The notes under the pieces: model-generated
The model's database searches: none
What the model was told of the DNA's origin: nothing
The model's input: the letters and a program-made list of their open reading frames with translations, nothing else
Position numbers and translations under genes: made by a program
Shown: piece by piece, positions 29,607 through 43,778 of the stretch
Layout: each line of letters begins with the position of its first letter
Numbering within the stretch: position 1 is the first letter of the stretch
NCBI GenBank assembly: GCA_025603075.1
Contig: MU626263.1
Coordinates: forward strand, 170,940-234,939
Reading direction: 5' to 3'
DNA: 64,000 bases
DNA from: Neoconidiobolus thromboides FSU 785
Taxonomy: Eukaryota > Fungi > Entomophthoromycota

Positions 29607-29707
29607 CTAGGATTCAAAACGATTTCGAAAAAAAACAAACTCCAATAAAATGCAACAAACTGGCAAGGGAAAAGTTTAGTTACATTTTTTTATACAAAAC
29701 TAGAACG

Positions 29708-31449
29708 ATGCTTCGCGGACTATCCAAATTTTCACGCACTCTTGCTAAACAATCACTTGTTTCAAAATCCTTCAATAATACTCAAGTAAGTATAATAAAA
29801 TGTTGATCGACTTTTACTCATCTTTATAGTCCCGTAACCTTTCAATCCATGAATACTTATCGGTCGACTTATTAAAAGATTATGGTATCAAAGTACCAAA
29901 GGGTAGCGTTGCTAAAACTCCAAAAGAAGCTCTCGATGTCGCTAAAGCTTTATGTAATATTTCTAGATTTTAACTATCTAATACTAATAAATAATAGCAA
30001 CCGATGACGTTGTCATCAAAGCTCAAGTTCTTGCTGGAGGTCGTGGTAAAGGTACCTTTAAAAATGGACTTAAAGGTGGCGTTAGAGTCGTATACTCGTA
30101 ATAGCTTTATTCTGATATTTGAAATCTTATTAAAATAATTATTAGCCCACAAGAAGCAGAAATGTTTGCTGAAAAAATGTTAGGCAATAAACTTGTTACT
30201 AAACAAACCGGAGCTGCTGGAAAACCATGCAATGCTGTAAGTTTTTTTTAAAAACTATGTCTACAAATTATTAATTGTCTTAGGTTTACATTGTTGAACG
30301 TGAATATCTTCGTAGAGAATACTATTTTGCTATCTTAATGGACCGTAAAACTTCAGGCCCAGTCATTGTTGCTTCTTCTCAAGGTGGTATGGATATTGAA
30401 GCCGTTGCAGCTGAAAATCCATCTGCTATCATCACTCACCCAGTCAATATTCATGAAGGTAAAAGTTATAAATATATAGTTGATTCATATTAATTTCTTT
30501 ATTAGGTCTTAAGCATGAAGATGCTGTTAGTCTTGCCAAAAAAGCTGGATTCTCACCAAACTGCGTTAACGATGTACTTTTATTAATTTATAGTTAAAAC
30601 CAATATTAATTTAATTTAAGGCTGCCGATACTTTTATGAAATTGTATAAATTATTTATTGAAAAAGATGCCACTCTTGTTGAAATTAATCCAATGGCTGA
30701 ATCATCTAAACATGAAGGTAAGTTGGATTTATATTATTATAAATCACTAATAACTTCATTTAGTACTCTGTATGGATGCCAAAATCAACTTTGATGATAA
30801 TGCTGATTTCCGTCAAAAGGACATTCAATCTCTTCGTGATACCACTCAAGAAGATTCTCGTGAAGTTGAAGCTGCCAAATATAATCTTAACTATATTGGG
30901 CTTGATGGTAACATTGGTTGTTTAGGTAATATTTGATTTATTTTTCATTGTATTTTTATTAAACTGCTTTAGTTAACGGAGCTGGTCTTGCTATGGCCAC
31001 TATGGATATCATCAAACTTAACGGTGGTGATCCAGCTAACTTTTTAGATGTTGGTGGAGGTGCTACTGCTCAACAAGTTACTGAAGCTTTCAAGATTATT
31101 TCATCTGATCCTCAAGTAAATTTAAATATATTTATATTTATAGTGATATTTAATGTTCATATAGGTTTCTGCTATCCTTGTCAACATTTTCGGTGGTATT
31201 ATGCGCTGTGATATTATTGCCCAAGGTATCGTTCAAGCTGTTCAACAACTTAAACTTAATGTTCCATTGGTTGTACGTCTTCAAGGTTCTGAAGTTGAAG
31301 CTGGTAAAAAACTAATTGCTGATTCAGGACTCCGTATTATTACTTGTGATGATCTTGATGAAGCTGCACAAAAAGCCGTTAAGCTTAGTAACATTGTAGC
31401 CATGGCCAATGAAGCTAAAATCAACGTTTCTTTCGAGCTCCCACTTTAA
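29708..31449 (+). CDS. LSC2: Succinyl-CoA ligase beta subunit, mitochondrial, multi-exon
   Basis: Presequence [10 protein letters not shown]; RNLSIHEY; [14 protein letters not shown]; EINPMAE; [43 protein letters not shown]; [10 protein letters not shown]. Confidence 0.98.
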
Positions 31450-31759
31450 ATTCATCTCCCTTTTGTTGGACCTTCCCAAAAAAACTATATCACTAAATTT
31501 AAAAAATAACTAAATAAATCTTAATTTGATTTATCATGTATTGTAAATTTAAACTGCATATTGTAATTTTTTATCTAATTTATAATGTTATATTAAATTT
31601 TATATGGACTTTATACAGCCAAATACCCGATTAATATATGAATCATACCAAGTATGTTTAAATATAACAAAAAAGCTATGTTTAATAAAAAAATACAATA
31701 AGTATCATTAGGCAATAAATTATTTTTAATACTGAAAATTAAAATACAGGTATAATATA

Positions 31760-32535
31760 TCAACCAAACAAAAACCCAAACGCTTTTCTAATATTTGTAA
31801 TTAGATCTAACTTAAGCGGGCATGGAAATTCAATCTCTTTTATAAATTTAGATACATAACCAGTCCAAGATAATAACGGTATCCACGCCCTTGCAATATA
31901 TTTAATTTGAATATTCTTTTTAGGTTGTCCATCAATACCACATTTATTTAAAAATTGTTTAAATGCTTCACTAGATTCTTGAGCCTTATTTTGAGTGTCA
32001 TAGGTTATTAAAAAAGGCATTTCAAATTTATAAAAGCTGCTTCTTTTAGGTATTATTATAGGTGCTTTCAGATGGCCATTACCGACGTGTACATAATCTC
32101 CGTTATTTAATTTCATATAGCCCTAAAAAGAGGTTAATATCTAACTATACATTTATAAAATTAACTTACTTCAACGTCTATTTTATCAACTTTAAGATCA
32201 AAAAACAGGGTTGAATTAGCATAAACATACATTGTCAGCGCTAAGTTAACTGTGTGATTTTTTTTACTTAAACCACCCAAAATCTTATGACTTCCAGGTT
32301 GATTAACATTATCTATCTCTACACCATAAAATCCGACTTTTGGATATCTTGGGAAGAAAAAATAGGTTAAAAGCCCCATTAATAACAGTATTGTACTAAT
32401 GCTGATACCCCATATTATCTTACTTTTTTTAGTTCCGCAACACCCCCTTTTATTATGTTTTGCTAATGTCTCTTCTATTAACATAGAATCATGTTCGTTA
32501 TTCGCTCTCAATGGTTCCGTTTCTGAATTGTTCAT
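31760..32535 (-). CDS. Type II membrane protein with a LEA_2/TMEM106-like lumenal domain, 2 exons
   Basis: Short cytosolic N-terminus with a GCCG motif, one TM helix followed by FPRYP, then a beta-rich domain with late Cys residues; ORFs 32161-32535 and 31760-32116 are joined by a GT-AG intron. Confidence 0.6.
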
Positions 32536-33494
32536 TTTTTAAAAAGATAATAGTTTAATCTAATTGTTAAATAGATTACTTTATAATATATAAAGTTAAT
32601 TAATTATAATAATTCAATTAATGAATTTTAATAACATTCCTATTTTTAGAATTTACCATTTTTAAAAAGGAGAAATTGAATCATAACAAAATTTACTCCG
32701 TGATGTGTTTTTCTGCAATTAAATTATAAATTTACTGGAGGTTTGAAATATCAGTAGGTAGAAATCAATATTTATAAAAGGGGACTTATATTAGTTTTAA
32801 TAGTACTAAATTTAAACCCCTTTATTAAAAGTTAAAACATTATATTCTAGCTAGTACTTTGTTAATTTTACTATATTTATTAATTTTTAGATAGCTTTAT
32901 TAGAATTGTATAATATAACATTTAAGATCGATTTTTTTTTTGAAATACTATTTTTATTATAATTTTTCATTTACTGTTTAATCAAAAAGTTTACAACTTG
33001 TATTATATGATTATAACCAAACTACTTTTAGCCTAGATTCTAATTAAGTTAAGATATTTATTTATAAACTAAATCTCATTTTTTTAATACTACTTCTTCC
33101 TCTTTAATTATATGCTTAATTTTTGTGTGGGTATAAAAATACTTTGATGATACCCTTGTAATTTATAGTGTTAAAATTTATAAATAAGGTAGGACAGTCT
33201 TTTTAAATATTTGAAAAAACTAAATCCTAACCAATTCAATAAATCGAGTAACAAACATATTCATAGTTAAGATAATTTAATGAACTACACTAATATGTTA
33301 ATTTGTTTTAACTTCAGTTAATACTCCTTCCATTTTACTTACAAATCAATTTACTAAAATAAAGCTAATTAGCATTTGAATAAAAAAAACAAGTTATATA
33401 GCTTGGTATAGTGTAGACAAAACTATTTCACATACCAATTATAAGAAAGTTAAAAATTTTAATTAAACAATCAAAATCAAGTTGGGAAACAAAA

Positions 33495-36400
33495 CTAAAA
33501 AAATGAATCTTTAAGCTGGATGGTGGGTGCTGAAGGCGCTCTAAATTCATCTTCATCCGAGTTAAACCCGTCATCAAAGTCTCCAAACTCATCATTTTCA
33601 TCCTCAAAATAATCGTCTTCATCTTCATAATTGTCTTCAAAATCTCCAAACTCTTGTTCAGCTGTTTGGTTACTGGGACTAGGTTCGATAAGCACATCGC
33701 TTCTTAAAGCTGCTTCTAATTTTGATCGAAGGTCAGGTGAAAGTGAAGCTACTGTGTTTTTAAATTCTTCTGGGTACTTAGAAGCAAAAGAAGATAGATA
33801 TTTACATACTGTTGGGATGCATTCTTTATAACTAGTACTTTTTACCATGATTGAAATTATCAATTTAGCAATTGACGAACCTAACATAATTAGCAAACAA
33901 ACAATAAATTTAAAATTTAACTTACGTTCAAATTCATCCACTTTAGAATAAAGCTCTATAAATATATTAGATAAACCTTCTATAATACTTGACCGCTTCT
34001 CAATATTTTCTAATAAAGTTTGATCTAGCTCTTTTATATAAAAAGTAAATGTCCTTTGTAGACAGTACTTAGATAAGTCTGAAACTTTGGAATCTTCTGC
34101 TTCTAAGTTTTCAATTAATACATGCGTAACTTTAACTCCACATTCTTTAATCTTTAAAAACAATATTAATTAGTTAATAAATGTATATCATAATATTACC
34201 TCATAATTAGTATTGATAAAAGTATGGCTTATTAAATAAGTTAAGATTTGGGTCGATCTATGATTTATAAAATTAGGTAAACTCATAATTAAGGAAGTGT
34301 AACCATATAAACAATTATAGATAATATCACATTCTACATTCTCGTTTTGAGCCCTTATAAAATGTTTAGTATAACAACAATAAATTATAGAATGAAAATA
34401 CCTGTTCTTTATATAACCTTGAGTTAATGAGTCTAAAATGGAGTTGATAGCATCCTCAGATTCAATTTTGGTAACCAAACCTTTTAAAAGTGAGATAATT
34501 CTATCGTTTATAGGTCTAAAGTAAGGTTCCATCAAAGTATCTAAATATGATATAAATAGTCAAATAATATAACCAAAACTTGACTTACGTTTAACAAGAT
34601 TGGCAGCTATTATACACAAATTTGATTTCACGCCTTTAGGACTTTTTAAAGCAAGATCATAGATCCCTGAATTTATTTCAAGGACTACTTCTAAATCAAG
34701 CTTTTCTGAGGAGTGGGATCTTGCTAATAAAATTTATTAACTCATATTTCCTATGCTTATCTTGTTTTACCTGTCGTTGTCACATTCTTTAAAACATTGG
34801 GCAAAAACCCTAAAAGTAGTCCAGAATAGAATTTCAATATTTTGAAGCCAATAGTTGAAGTTATTTTAACGTTGTTATCTGCTTCTTCTTCTAAGTTGTC
34901 GTCAAAAAAATAGTCACTATTACAATTTAATACTAGGCTTCTAAGTGTTTCTACAAGCTCTAATACAATCTTAAGATTATGCGTGTATTTGAATCTTTCA
35001 AACACTCCCAACATTTCCGAAAATACCTCCTTATCTAAAATTTGTAACCCAGTAATTTCGGGTATAAATAAAGCACGGATAGACGAAAGGCAAACTTTAG
35101 TTATGTGATGAGACATAGGATTGCTGGTTAACAAATGTGATGATAAGGTTTCCATGCAAAGCCCATAAACTACCCAAAAATTACTGGAAGGCGAAACATT
35201 AGGTTCTGGGTAATCAGGCGCGAATAGTTTAATGAAGTGAAGATTATGGTTCTTTAAATAGTGCGTTATAGCCTGTAAAAATGACCCCCAATAGTCACGG
35301 TATAGTGGTTTAAGCCAAGACCGAGAAGATGAATTGTTAATAAAATCCAATCCAGAAGTTATTCTTAAAGTGTCTTTTTTACCTCCTTTATCTGTCATAG
35401 AAAGGAGTTTTGGGTCTAATTTAAGATAAGCGTAATCAGATAATGCTTTTATCCAAAGCTTAGAAAGAACTCCTAAATTGGAATCAAGAGTTTCCTTTAA
35501 TTCATCATTATTCAAGTTAGATAGCCCAATCATACTCCATCCTTTTAACACTGCTAAATTAACAGTGATGCTCTCATAGGAACTAAAGTTAGCATCTCCA
35601 AAATCATCTAAGCTATCTTTGACTTTTAAACATTGGTTCAGAGCCTTTTCCATTAATTTGAAAATACGACTCAATGTTTTAGCGTTCCCGGTACAGGATG
35701 TTAAGAAAACAGCACACACTTCAATAGCTGAAGCCGTAACTTTTGGTGAGGATTCTTCATTAAAAGCAGGAGCAAGCGCAGCAGCAATTTGGGCTTGATA
35801 TTGTTCTAATAATAAACTCCCAGGCACATGGGGGTCTTGTGTATTTTTGAATTGTTCTAACAAATCTTGTAATATTCCGTAACCTTCTAAACTGATTTTT
35901 TCGATTGGGGTAGTTGCTGCTGCAAAAGCTAGTTTTACTAAATCACCAAATCGAGATATTAAATGTGGATGGGGATCATGGGACGTTGAAGATTTCTGTA
36001 CCATCTCGAATGTTCTTCTAAGAATTTGTAGTGCTACAAGTTGTGTCCTCCATCTAGAAGTACCTTGATGTCCAGATGATTTAGTAGAGTGGTTTGCTTT
36101 TGTGTCAATAGATTGCCCAGGATTAAGTGATCCATCTTCATCTTCCAAATCTCCCCCTTCTTGAGTGCCACGATTAAACGAACCAACGTTTTCAATATTA
36201 TGTTTTGTTAGAATTAATCGAATTACATCAATCCATTTAGGTAAATCATCTACTGAAGAATGAGAAAGAAGCATGTTTAGTACTACGACAATCTCTCCAA
36301 GTTCGCTTTCACTATCAAGTAATTGAAAAAGCTGTTCATAAAGGTTTGGTCCAGCGTATTTTAGAACATCCTGTAAACTTTTCTGGACAAGCTGATATAA

Positions 36401-39400
36401 ACAATTAGCAGCCACTCTTTTGAGTTGTGGGTCGACGGATTGCAGCTTAGAGCACAAGAAATTTACCAAAAATTCCAAATCAATATGAGAATAGTCAAAC
36501 ATAATTACCAAATGAACACATTGAAGGTATTCAATCACAACCATTTCTTCAGGATCATGCTTCAATTGCTCCATAATACCATAGCAAAGGAATCGTGATG
36601 CACGGTTGGTTGCTATTTCTGGTCCCAAAACACCAATAATGCCATTTAATACCTTACCACAATTTTGTCGTACTAAAAAGTGATCAACTGACAAAGACTT
36701 TGAGTAGGCGGTTCCACCTGGTTGATGATTTTCTGACAAAAATAATCTAAAAACTATATAAAGCGTATCAACAATGTAAGGGGAAAATGAATGTCCGACT
36801 GAATTTATAGTCGTTGCTAAAGCTTCTAGAGCGTGAGTGTGTACCAGAGGGTGCATGTCATTACACAATGTTCTCATGACTTGAATAACAGAGCCCATAT
36901 GCGTATTGCCAGTTGCAGATCCGACAAATTTATGGATATTAGAAAGCCCTAATAATGCTCCAGCTCTAACATCTGGATCCGCGAAGTTAATGATATTATC
37001 AACAAGCTGTTTAATGTGCCTTGAAACGACTCCAGAATTCGAGTTTTTACAAAGGAATCCAAGCAATTCAGCGGCAAGTTTACGAATTTGGTCGTCAGAA
37101 CATCCCAACCCAATCTTTATAATCTCTTCAATTTGTGAAATTGTTTTATCTCCTAATTGGTTAAGTTTTTTTCCAGCTTTCTTTTCAGGGCGATAAATGA
37201 TTTTAAGCGCCCCTAAAGTAGCAAATAAACAATGAGAAATGGAATAGAGGCCCCATAAATCCGCTTTGTCTTTGATAGAGTGAACCATTTTTTCAAGTAT
37301 TGAAGTTTGAGCTCTGGGTAAAAGATGAGGGAAAATAATAGCAAACAAATCCACTGCAGCATCATGTGTACTAATAACAGTGGATGTCATTGTATGAAAA
37401 TAATTTGGTCTCTTACTTGTATATTTGTGACTTAAATATAACGAAATGGGATCAAATTCTCTAGCCCCAAATCTTGGGTATAAGAGCTGACGATCTATGT
37501 CAAATTGATCAATATGTGCAAGTGCTTCAAAAAGATGGTTATTATCATCTTGAAAAGCTTCTCTATCTGCTTTCCATCTATCTATAGCAATGTTTCTTCT
37601 GTGGAAGTGGCTTGTCATTGCATACCCAGATCCTGCCCATCCAGTCCAATCTGCAACAACATCTTCATCGGTCCAAGCTGAAGTAGCATTTAACGTCTTT
37701 GAAGTGACAGTCAAAAGCTCTACGATGTTTTTAGAAAGCGAAGTAAAGTTAGCTTCATAAGTTGATGGTGATAGTAATGAATAGCTTTGAAGTGCTCTTT
37801 TCCTGATCATGTTTACACTTTCACTTATCTTTCTTATATTAGTAATGTATTCGTCTTTATCTTTTTCGCTAAGCTCTGAGATAAAATTGGCTGCGTCTTT
37901 GTAGAAAAGCAATGCATTGCTCAAAAGTGGTAAGAATCGTTGGGCGATATCGTCTTGAGCTAACTCGTCGCCATTATATACCATAAATAGGTATAAAGCT
38001 TGCAACGCGTGCTCTCTCGAATGGGTTACTGATAATGTAAGCATTTGAGCTGATGGATCAAAAAATGAAAGTTTTATTGAAGATTTGGCTAAATACGCTT
38101 TAAAAAGCAAAATTATCTGAGGAAGTATAAGACGTACATAGTTTGGTCCAAGGCACATTAAAGATCCGATCAAAATCCAGCCTACTTGGATTTTTGAATT
38201 TTGAGATTGAAAAATATTTGGATCAGCAACTGTAAAGCTCATAGTTCCTTCCGATTTTAATAATTGCGAGGCAATACTAAAAATGGATGCATTTAATTTA
38301 TTCATTACAGATTGAGGTGCTGATGCTGATACACTGATTAAGGATCCTAATGCATAACCATAACCCATAGCTTTTTTGACTGTACTTTTTTTGAGTGGCA
38401 TAACTTCAATAAAACTATTTTTTAAATAAGTTAAAAATCGAAATACCAACTTTGGCAAAAATGAAGGCAAAGCTATACATATATTTCTTAAACACCAAGC
38501 AGAACTTATTTGGATAGAGTATCCTTGGGTTTCAAGTAATAAAATCAAAAGTTCAATTGCATTATCCTGAAAAAGTCAAAAAACATATTAAATTATGGTT
38601 TAAAATTACCTGTATTGCATATGCGGCGTCTCCTAAATCTTGTATTAAACAACTTAGTTCATCAATCATTGTAATAACAGCTGATTTTCCTGCTGCTTGA
38701 GACTTTAATTCAGGACTCTCCATCAATTTTATCCACTCAGTCAAAAGTTCAATAATTGACTTTGCTGCATGAACTTGTCCTTGTTCACTTAAAATCTTTT
38801 GTCCTATTTCTCTAAGAAGTGTATTTGATCTCTGTCTCACAACAAGTGCATCAAAAGGAGATTCTGGGGCATAGCTCGGCCCTGGATTTAAATCGAGTAC
38901 GATATGTCTCAATATATCAACATAATTTCCTTCAACGAAGCTTGTTCCAAGCTTAGTAAAAAGGGTTATGTAACAGCTAAATATACCTGCTCTTATATCT
39001 TCAACTGTATTTGATTTACAATGAAGTATAGATAAAGAGCTCAACATTCTCGAAATGGTAGGAATTGAGTTTATATCATCTTTATCTCCATCACTATTCT
39101 TTCCTCGAGCTCCTCCTGTAGTAACTGCTAGCTTTTTTTTGGGCTTCTCTATTAAAATTTTTCGATTACTAGCTTGAGACCCAGCAACCATGGTTGAAAT
39201 CAAAGAGGCCATGGCTCTCCTTATAGAAAAATTGGCTCCCTCAAAGTACTTAATAAGTAATGGAAGCTCTTCATTGAGGTAAAGTATTGGAACATTTTTA
39301 CAATAAAGGATTGTTGCTTCAAGGCACTAAATTGAAAATCAAATATTTGCTTAAAAATTAAAAATAGTAAAGTACCTCTGCCCCAATTATTATGAAAGAA

Positions 39401-40193
39401 GCAGATTTAATAGACAGAAGTGACTTACAAACTTTTATTATCTCTTTAACTGCATTCTCATCCATAGAAGAATTCGAGCTTTTTATAATTGAAGTTAAAA
39501 GTAAAGTTGCAGCATATCTTGTAGTTGTTGTCTAAAAAGATTAAAATAAGCAAGTACATCTCTAATAAAAAATACCTCACTGCTATTTCTTATTAACTTT
39601 AAACATAAAGACCAAAGGGTTTGCATATAATTATATAACTTTTAAAGTAAATAGGTAATAAATTATGTTTGTTTATGAGGTTTACCTTATTTCCTTGAAC
39701 ATCAACTACAGCTCGAATACAATCTAATAGTGCGCTTAAGTTTTTAAATATAAATTTAGATCATCTAATCAACTTAAGAAATAAAATCTTACGTTTTTTT
39801 CTGTTGAGAGACTGCTTCTTTTGCTTGCATCCAATCTAATAGCTTATCAACAAATTTATGGATGGAATTCAAACTAGCGATCCCATATAAAAGTCTAATA
39901 CACCGGCAAACAGCATTAAGGGTTAATGGTGTTGGGTTCCATGTTGGTAATGATAGTAATAAAAGGAGTTGTGCCTCGGGGCCTAAAGTGTTCTGTTTGT
40001 TTGGGCTCTTTTTCTAAATTGATGATTAGTGTTACTATGAATGACACCAATACTATACTACTTTAATTAAATTTTTCAATCCATGTTCAAATGTTAAAAG
40101 AATTTTGAGGTACTTTGCTTCTTTTTCTTCTTGAGATACAGAATCATTGGTATCAATGCTACTAAAGTCAATTTCAAGATCCGGATCTTCCAT
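33495..40193 (-). CDS. LAA1: HEAT-repeat AP-1 accessory protein Laa1/HEATR5, multi-exon
   Basis: About 2000-aa alpha-solenoid; DPDVRAGALLGLSNIHKFVGS, HPLVHTHALEAL, RWRTQLVA, LLLEQYQAQIAAALAPAF, C-terminal PTIQLK..FF; ATG at 40193 inferred from upstream exons. Confidence 0.9.
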
Positions 40194-40573
40194 CTTTATT
40201 TGCAGTTTATTATTAAGTGTAAGAGCACTTCCTTTTCTTGTAATTTAAAAGTGGCTCAAAAATTGAGAATTCTTAACTAAAGTTGATTGGCTAGATTTTC
40301 TAAAGGGCTTTTTGCTATTAATTTATTAAACCTAATAGCTTATCAAGCTAAAACAAATTGTTTTAATAAGGTATTATGATAATATTACTATAAGCATATA
40401 GTTTTTCAGTTTTCTTTTATTGATCATGTTTGAAACTAAAATGCTCTAATTATATATATGAAAATATGCTTTGAATATTAATATTAATATGATATTAAAT
40501 TTAAAAATATTAGTTAATTTTTTATTAGTGGTAAAAAATAGTTAAATCATAAACAATAGTAAAAATTTATCTT

Positions 40574-41956
40574 TTACATGATAATTTGAGGCTCAGTGAT
40601 GTTATCTGAGATTGACTTATGAGGCAAGATACGTCCACCATTGATGAAGATTTCATCTTTAACTGTGACGTCTTCTCCGAGTACTGAAACACCTTCAAGT
40701 CGGCACTAAAAAACCAGTTACTAAAATTATACTTAACATGATATTGAACTTACCCAGCGTCCAATAGTGGAATGCCATCCAACAATGGAGCTGTATACCC
40801 ACGAGTGGTCTTTGATTTTGGCTCCCTCTAAAATGACGCAACGTTGCAAACGGACACCATCACCAATTACAACATTTGGGCCAATAGTAACATTAGGACC
40901 AATGCGGCATCCCTTGCCGATCTTAGCACTAGGATCAATAAGAACATTACCGACAACGTAATCTTCACTTGAGCTTGCTAACAAACTAGATTGCTTTTTA
41001 GCTAAGCTAGAAAGATATAAACAAGTTCCAGTAAGGAAATCCTTTGGCTGACCTACGTCCATCCAAAAGCCTTCTAATTCAAAGGAGTGTAGTTGCTTAT
41101 CACCAGCCATGAATGGGAATACTTCTTTTTCGATTGAAGTTGGCTTTAACTATAAACAATTGTAAACAAATGTTATAAATATATATAGTAGTAAATTACT
41201 TCAATACGATTAAGTATTTTTGGTGAGAATATATATATACCTGCATTGATTTTGTTACTAACAAACTCAACGGGTTTCTCAACAAAAGAATGAATGGTTG
41301 AGCTATCTGCTTCATTAACGATAACACCATATTTGGAAGGTTCTTCAACGCGTGTTACCTGACATTTTTTGTTAATTTTTTTTCATGACAAAATTTAATA
41401 AGTTTACGGCAATAGTGCCTTCACAGCCATGTGCGGTGTGGAAATCCCGTAATTTTTCAAAAGGAAAGTCACAGATAATATCACTATTTAATACAAAGAA
41501 AGGAGAATCGTCTTGACCAAGGATTTCACGAGCAAGTGCAAGTGGACCAGCTAAAAAAGTTAGTTAAAATCAAACTAAGTTAACTTAATATTACCTGTGC
41601 CTAATGGCTCAGTTTCGACAGAAAAAGTAATACGAATATTATACTCTTTTTCATATTTTTGTAATACAGCTACCATAGTCTCCGGACGATAGTTAACTGC
41701 AAGTACAACATCAGTTACACCAGCCTAAAGTCATCAGTTAGTATTTGCTTTACTTCAGCTGATATATATTTCAACTTACTTTGACTAAACCTTCGATTTG
41801 ATGTAAAATCATAGGTCTGTTAGCAAACTCCACCAGGGGCTTGGGTAAAGATAAGGTAAGAGGTCTAAGACGAGTACCGAAACCTAAATACCGTTAACAA
41901 ATATTTACTATGTAGTAGTACAAAATATTACCACCGACTAAAATAAGAGCTTTCAT
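40574..41956 (-). CDS. PSA1: Mannose-1-phosphate guanylyltransferase (GDP-mannose pyrophosphorylase), multi-exon
   Basis: [32 protein letters not shown], hexapeptide left-handed beta-helix ([21 protein letters not shown]), end [16 protein letters not shown]. Confidence 0.98.
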
Positions 41957-42851
41957 TTTCAACTACTATGTTATAAAATTAAATTTTAAAAGTTTTTCGC
42001 TTGGAATTTATTCCTTTCTTTTATATCCTTAAATTGTCAATCTAATTCTTTGAAGTGCCATTGAATTATTTGCTTATCATTGGCTGAGTTCTTACTATCC
42101 CATATACCTCTGCCACTATTTAAATTTGTATTCAATATACTATAGCCAATGGTACCTCTTGAGTAAGCAAAATTTAAAAGGCTTGCAATCAAATTGAAGC
42201 CCATCAAATAGCTTAAAGATGTTGGTAATTGGCTCTAATATTTATTAATAAATAAAGTTATAAACAGAATTATTAAAGTATTTTTAATCAATGTTTTCAT
42301 GTATTAGTCTATGTGCTGTTCTTTTATTGGTACAATCAGGTTTTAATTCTGGTCTTGATTTATTTTTAGCCTTTCCATTTTCAAGGCTATTATAATCATG
42401 GTTTTTATTCTTCATTATGATTGGTTGTTTTATAATGCTTTCGGGAATTTAGAACCCTAGTACTTGATAGTTGAGTGATTTATCATTGTTCTATTATATA
42501 TTATATCATTTCACAAACTATAAAGTTTATTAATATTCTAATATAACCAAGGCTACCAACTTCTTAATTTTATTCTATAAGTAAAAGGGCATGGAAAGAT
42601 ATAGTTTATGTTATATATATATAAAAATACTAAGAATAAGGCTTAACTTTAAAGACCGGAAAATCTTTCTATTTTTTGTTCACCTTTAAACATTTAGAAG
42701 ATGAAAAATTTAGTAGATAAATTCTTAAATAGGAAAAACATGCTTACGTACAGTGGGCTTTGAAAGGGGACTCAAAAAAATCCCCAATGTTTATTTCAAG
42801 CTAAAATCTATTAATTGATAAAAAATACTTTAAACTATTCAAAACCGCATA

Positions 42852-43131
42852 TAGGGATATCCATTTTGGTTCCATTTATTTTCACCTTTAAGCACTATTA
42901 AGTGGAAAATTTTTGAAATTTTTATATAAACGAGGATGCTTTTGGTTTCATTACTTTTTCATTTTTTGAGTACTATTTGCGCGGAAAATTTATTAGTAAA
43001 ATTCTTAAAAAACAAAAACATCTTCAAATAAAGATGGCTTATATAAAGGTGTTCTTGTTTTCACTTTTTTCTTTTTTCAGTATTATTGAATGGAAAAAAT
43101 GTTATAAATTTTTTGAAAAAAGACATCTACA
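42852..43131 (+). mobile_element. Three head-to-tail diverged MITE family A copies
   Basis: Consensus matches at about 42852-42930, 42931-43026 and 43044-43131. Confidence 0.72.
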
Positions 43132-43454
43132 TGTATATTTTACTATTAAACATTATAATAAAGCTTTATCTTAATAAACTCTAATAAAATCATCTACAAA
43201 ATTATTTACATTAAAAAAATATAAATTATTACAACTTATATTTTAAATAACTTAAAAATGGATTAAAAATAGAATATTATATATTTCAAATTTAATAGTG
43301 CTTTATTTGATTTATCTAAAATTTTAATATTGTATAGGCCCTTGCTAAAGATCTAAAAATCTAGTTATTAAATATTTTCTATTTACAAAATTTGTTATAG
43401 TTTATCTATAGTAAAATTAGTTAAATAGCTTATAACTATTTTTATATTAAAATA

Positions 43455-43546
43455 TGAGGGTGTATTTTCTTGTTCAAGAATTTTACTACCAATTTTTCCG
43501 CTCAAACAGCGTTTAAAAATGGAAGTTAAACTAAAAAATACCCTTA
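43455..43546 (-). mobile_element. MITE family A copy
   Basis: TGAGGGTG...TACCCTTA termini and consensus interior. Confidence 0.78.
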
Positions 43547-43579
43547 TATTTATATTATTAGCGTATATTGAATTTGGAT

Positions 43580-43666
43580 CAGTGTAAACTGCGAACTATT
43601 TGCCTAATTAACAATAATTATGAAAAAACTATTAGTGGTTGGGCAAATAGTTCCTAGTCTTTACTG
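43580..43666. repeat. 87-bp element with ~28-bp imperfect inverted termini (possible second small MITE)
   Basis: CAGT....ACT..GAACTATTTGCCTAA versus TTGGGCAAATAGTTC..AGT....ACTG. Confidence 0.55.
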
Positions 43667-43689
43667 GTTTACAAGTTTAAATACACATT

Positions 43690-43778
43690 ATATCTTTTTG
43701 GTTTCATCTACTTGTCCGTTTTTTTGAGTACCATTGAGCAAAAAATTGTTAGTAGGATTTAAATAAAAATACATATTT
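43690..43778 (+). mobile_element. Degenerate MITE family A copy
   Basis: Interior similarity (TTTTTGGTTTCAT...AAAAATTGTTAGTA...AAAAATACAT). Confidence 0.6.

Noticed and set aside
29603-29806. ORF extending upstream of the LSC2 start
   Set aside because: It uses a non-ATG start in promoter DNA; the real ATG at 29708 begins a typical mitochondrial presequence.
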